Assembly: GCA_951406725.2 (NCBI GenBank)
Contig: OX597814.1
Location: 182,032,001 to 182,096,000, forward strand
Source: Octopus vulgaris
Lineage: Eukaryota
Direction of reading: 5' to 3'
Length of the DNA stretch: 64,000 nt
This document shows positions 61,690 to 64,000 of the stretch, piece by piece (the first letter of the stretch is position 1; every line of letters starts with the position of its first letter). A model generated the notes under the pieces. The model saw only the letters and a list, made by a program, of their open reading frames with translations. It had not been told where the DNA came from and searched no databases. Made by a program: the position numbers and the translations under genes.

Positions 61690-62075
61690 AATAGATAGAT
61701 ACAAGATGGAGAAATTCAGAAAGGGCTTAATAATAAAAACTTGACTTAAGAACATAAATAAAAGTTCAATCCGCCCACCATCCACAATCATAAACTTTGT
61801 TAGCAACATCAGCTAAAGAAATTTGAAAATTTTGTTTGATAAAGAAATCTTCAACCAAATTGCACCACTCTTATAACAAAACCTAAAATCAAGTGGATTT
61901 AATGAAGAGTTGTAATATGTACTAAAACTACTACAAACAAACACTGAACAAAAGAAACTCAGGAAAACATGTATCTGGTTTAACCCACTCTTCAGCCTGA
62001 ATGTAAATATAAATATAGGACACATCTTCATAATACTAATCAGCATTTCCCAATTGATCACAAATACTATAAATA
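61690..62075 (+). mobile_element. Degenerate Penelope-like element ORF (RT thumb/linker)
   Basis: Translating across stops and frameshifts gives ...PPSTI...DKEIFNQIAPL...LKSSGFNEEL...KKLRKTCIWFNPLFSLNVNINIGHIF..HFP.DHKY, matching the PLE 'IWFNPPFS.NV.TNIG..F...HFP..H' motif. Confidence 0.7.
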
Positions 62076-64000
62076 AGCAAAAGAGAAGTGTAGCTGTGTG
62101 ATTGAGAAGCTTAGCTTCTCAACCATGTGGTTTCAGGTTCAGTCTCACTGAAGCATCTTGGGTATATATTTTCTATTATAGCCCCAGGCCAACCAAAGCC
62201 ATGTGAGTGGATTTGGTATACATTTGTGTGCATGTACCCTTATCTTGACTTGTGATGGTTGTAAATGAGCATCACTATCATACAAGCAATGCTGTTTGTT
62301 TCCAGTTTGGCCAAGAGGAATTGTTATCTTGCTTGAAGGCAAGTGAGATTTGACAACAGGGATGACATCCAGCCATAGAAAATCTGCCTGTACATAAATA
62401 TGTGTACACACACACACACAGAGTCTTGAGCCTTTAGACCCATTAGGCAGAAGCTTATCTTGGTTTCTAGTTATGTAAAGTGTCTGAGAATTCAACACTT
62501 CACTGAATGGAATGCCAATCTGTTGCAGGATTAGCCTCCCCATCACCACCATTGCTGTTGCCAGTACTCAATTTCACTTGAGTGGACTGAAGAAATGTGA
62601 AATATATAAGCAATTTCGTAGTAGTGAGATGTCAGGTGTGAATATCTGTCCATGTGTCAGAACAAGAACTCCTCAATCATCATCAAACAATCACATTCAC
62701 TTTTTCTTACAGATGCAGAAAACAGAAATTGGATATTTCGTTTTGGGATTTGGTTTGCAAGATTCTTTATATGAGTTTGTGTGTTGAAGCATATTCTGTT
62801 GTGTCTGGGGAGAGTCATTTTCTTTATTGAAAAGGTTGCAAGACGCAACGAAAATTTTAGGAAAATAAAAATAAGAAAAAAGTGAAAATTTTACTGGTGA
62901 GTGTGTTATATTATAAGGCACAAAAAGAAAATGACTCTCCCCAGACACAACAGAAATTGGATAACCAATCATCATTGGAAACTTCGTTCCTTCTGTTAGG
63001 TATACCAGTTTAAGGCTGTCACCATTAACATTAGCTCAATGAAAAGTAGAGCTGGGCAGATTGTAGACATACTGGAATTGAGGCTTGTAGAGGTGTGCTG
63101 TGTACAAGAGATAAGATGAAGGTGTACAAGAAATAAGATGAACCATGGGAAAATATTACCTTACTTGAAAACAAGTAAGGGTTGGTATCAGGAAAAGCAG
63201 CAACTGTAAAAAAATCTGCTTCAATAAACTCTATCCAACCTATGGAAGCACAGAAAATTGGACATTAAAACAATGATGCTGATATAAAGTATATCACAAT
63301 CATCATCATCATCATCCTTTAATGTCTGTTTTCCATGCTAGCATGGGTTGGAAGATTTCTATTGGTCACTTTTGCCGAACCACTAAGTTACAGGTACGTA
63401 AACACACCAGCATCGGTTGTCAAGCGATGTTGGGGGCACAAACACAGACACACAAACATATACACACACATACATATATATGACGAGCTTCTTTCAATTT
63501 CCGTCTACCAAATCCACTCACAAGGCTTTGGTCAGCCCGAGGCTGTAGTAGAAGACATTTGCCCAAGGTGCCACGCAGTGGGACCGAACCCGGAACCATG
63601 TCGTTCATAAGCAAGCTACTTACCACACAGCCACTCCTATGCCTACATATTTTGCTCAAGAACAGAATGCACCTTCTGCTCCAACAATCAGGACCATGAA
63701 TTTGTGATCATTAGTGCAACATCCTAACCAACTTGACTGTATGCCTTCACATGTGAAATATATATTTGTTTATTTAAGCATAAAATCACTGATTTATAGG
63801 TCAGGTATAATGTTTTTTCTTCATTAGAGGGCATTAGTGACATAAATAACAAGAATTATACCCAACAGTATATAATATTGGTCTGTCAGGAGCTCACCTA
63901 CAAACAATGAGTACAAATTGTTAAGTTTAAATTGTATGCTTAGTTGTGATACCCATGCTGGTGGCACATAAAAAGCACCATCCAAATGTGGCCGATGTCA

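Overview
This is AT-rich, repeat-dense animal genomic DNA. The SINE/LINE families and microsatellite load point to an octopus or other coleoid cephalopod (inference). Two conserved genes sit head-to-head with ATGs about 0.5 kb apart. NAPG (gamma-SNAP, minus strand) has 5 coding exons from 20307 down to 1361, including an 18-nt microexon preceded by a U12-type GT-AG intron. TCAIM (plus strand) has 3 coding exons at 20812-33846, and I could not find its remaining exons in the window. An intronless 295-aa orphan gene (51058-51945) lies in the apparent TCAIM intron 3, inside a CpG-retaining, nearly TE-free island. Its protein carries an NLS, a VVDLT SUMO-interacting motif, an exact histone H3 K4-S10 mimic (KQTARKS) and a C-terminal RYBP/CBX-like hairpin motif. 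The introns hold about 10 type I hammerhead-ribozyme motifs of several families in Penelope-like or retrozyme-type repeats. These include two tandem pairs (207 and 340 nt apart) and natural U3-A8 and G3-C8 covariants of the catalytic-core pair. The rest is RTE/CR1/R4 LINE pieces, tRNA-derived SINEs, Tc1/mariner/pogo elements, TTAA MITEs, Helitron remnants and several roughly 100-bp foldback palindromes. All calls were made by eye, without database searches or folding software.
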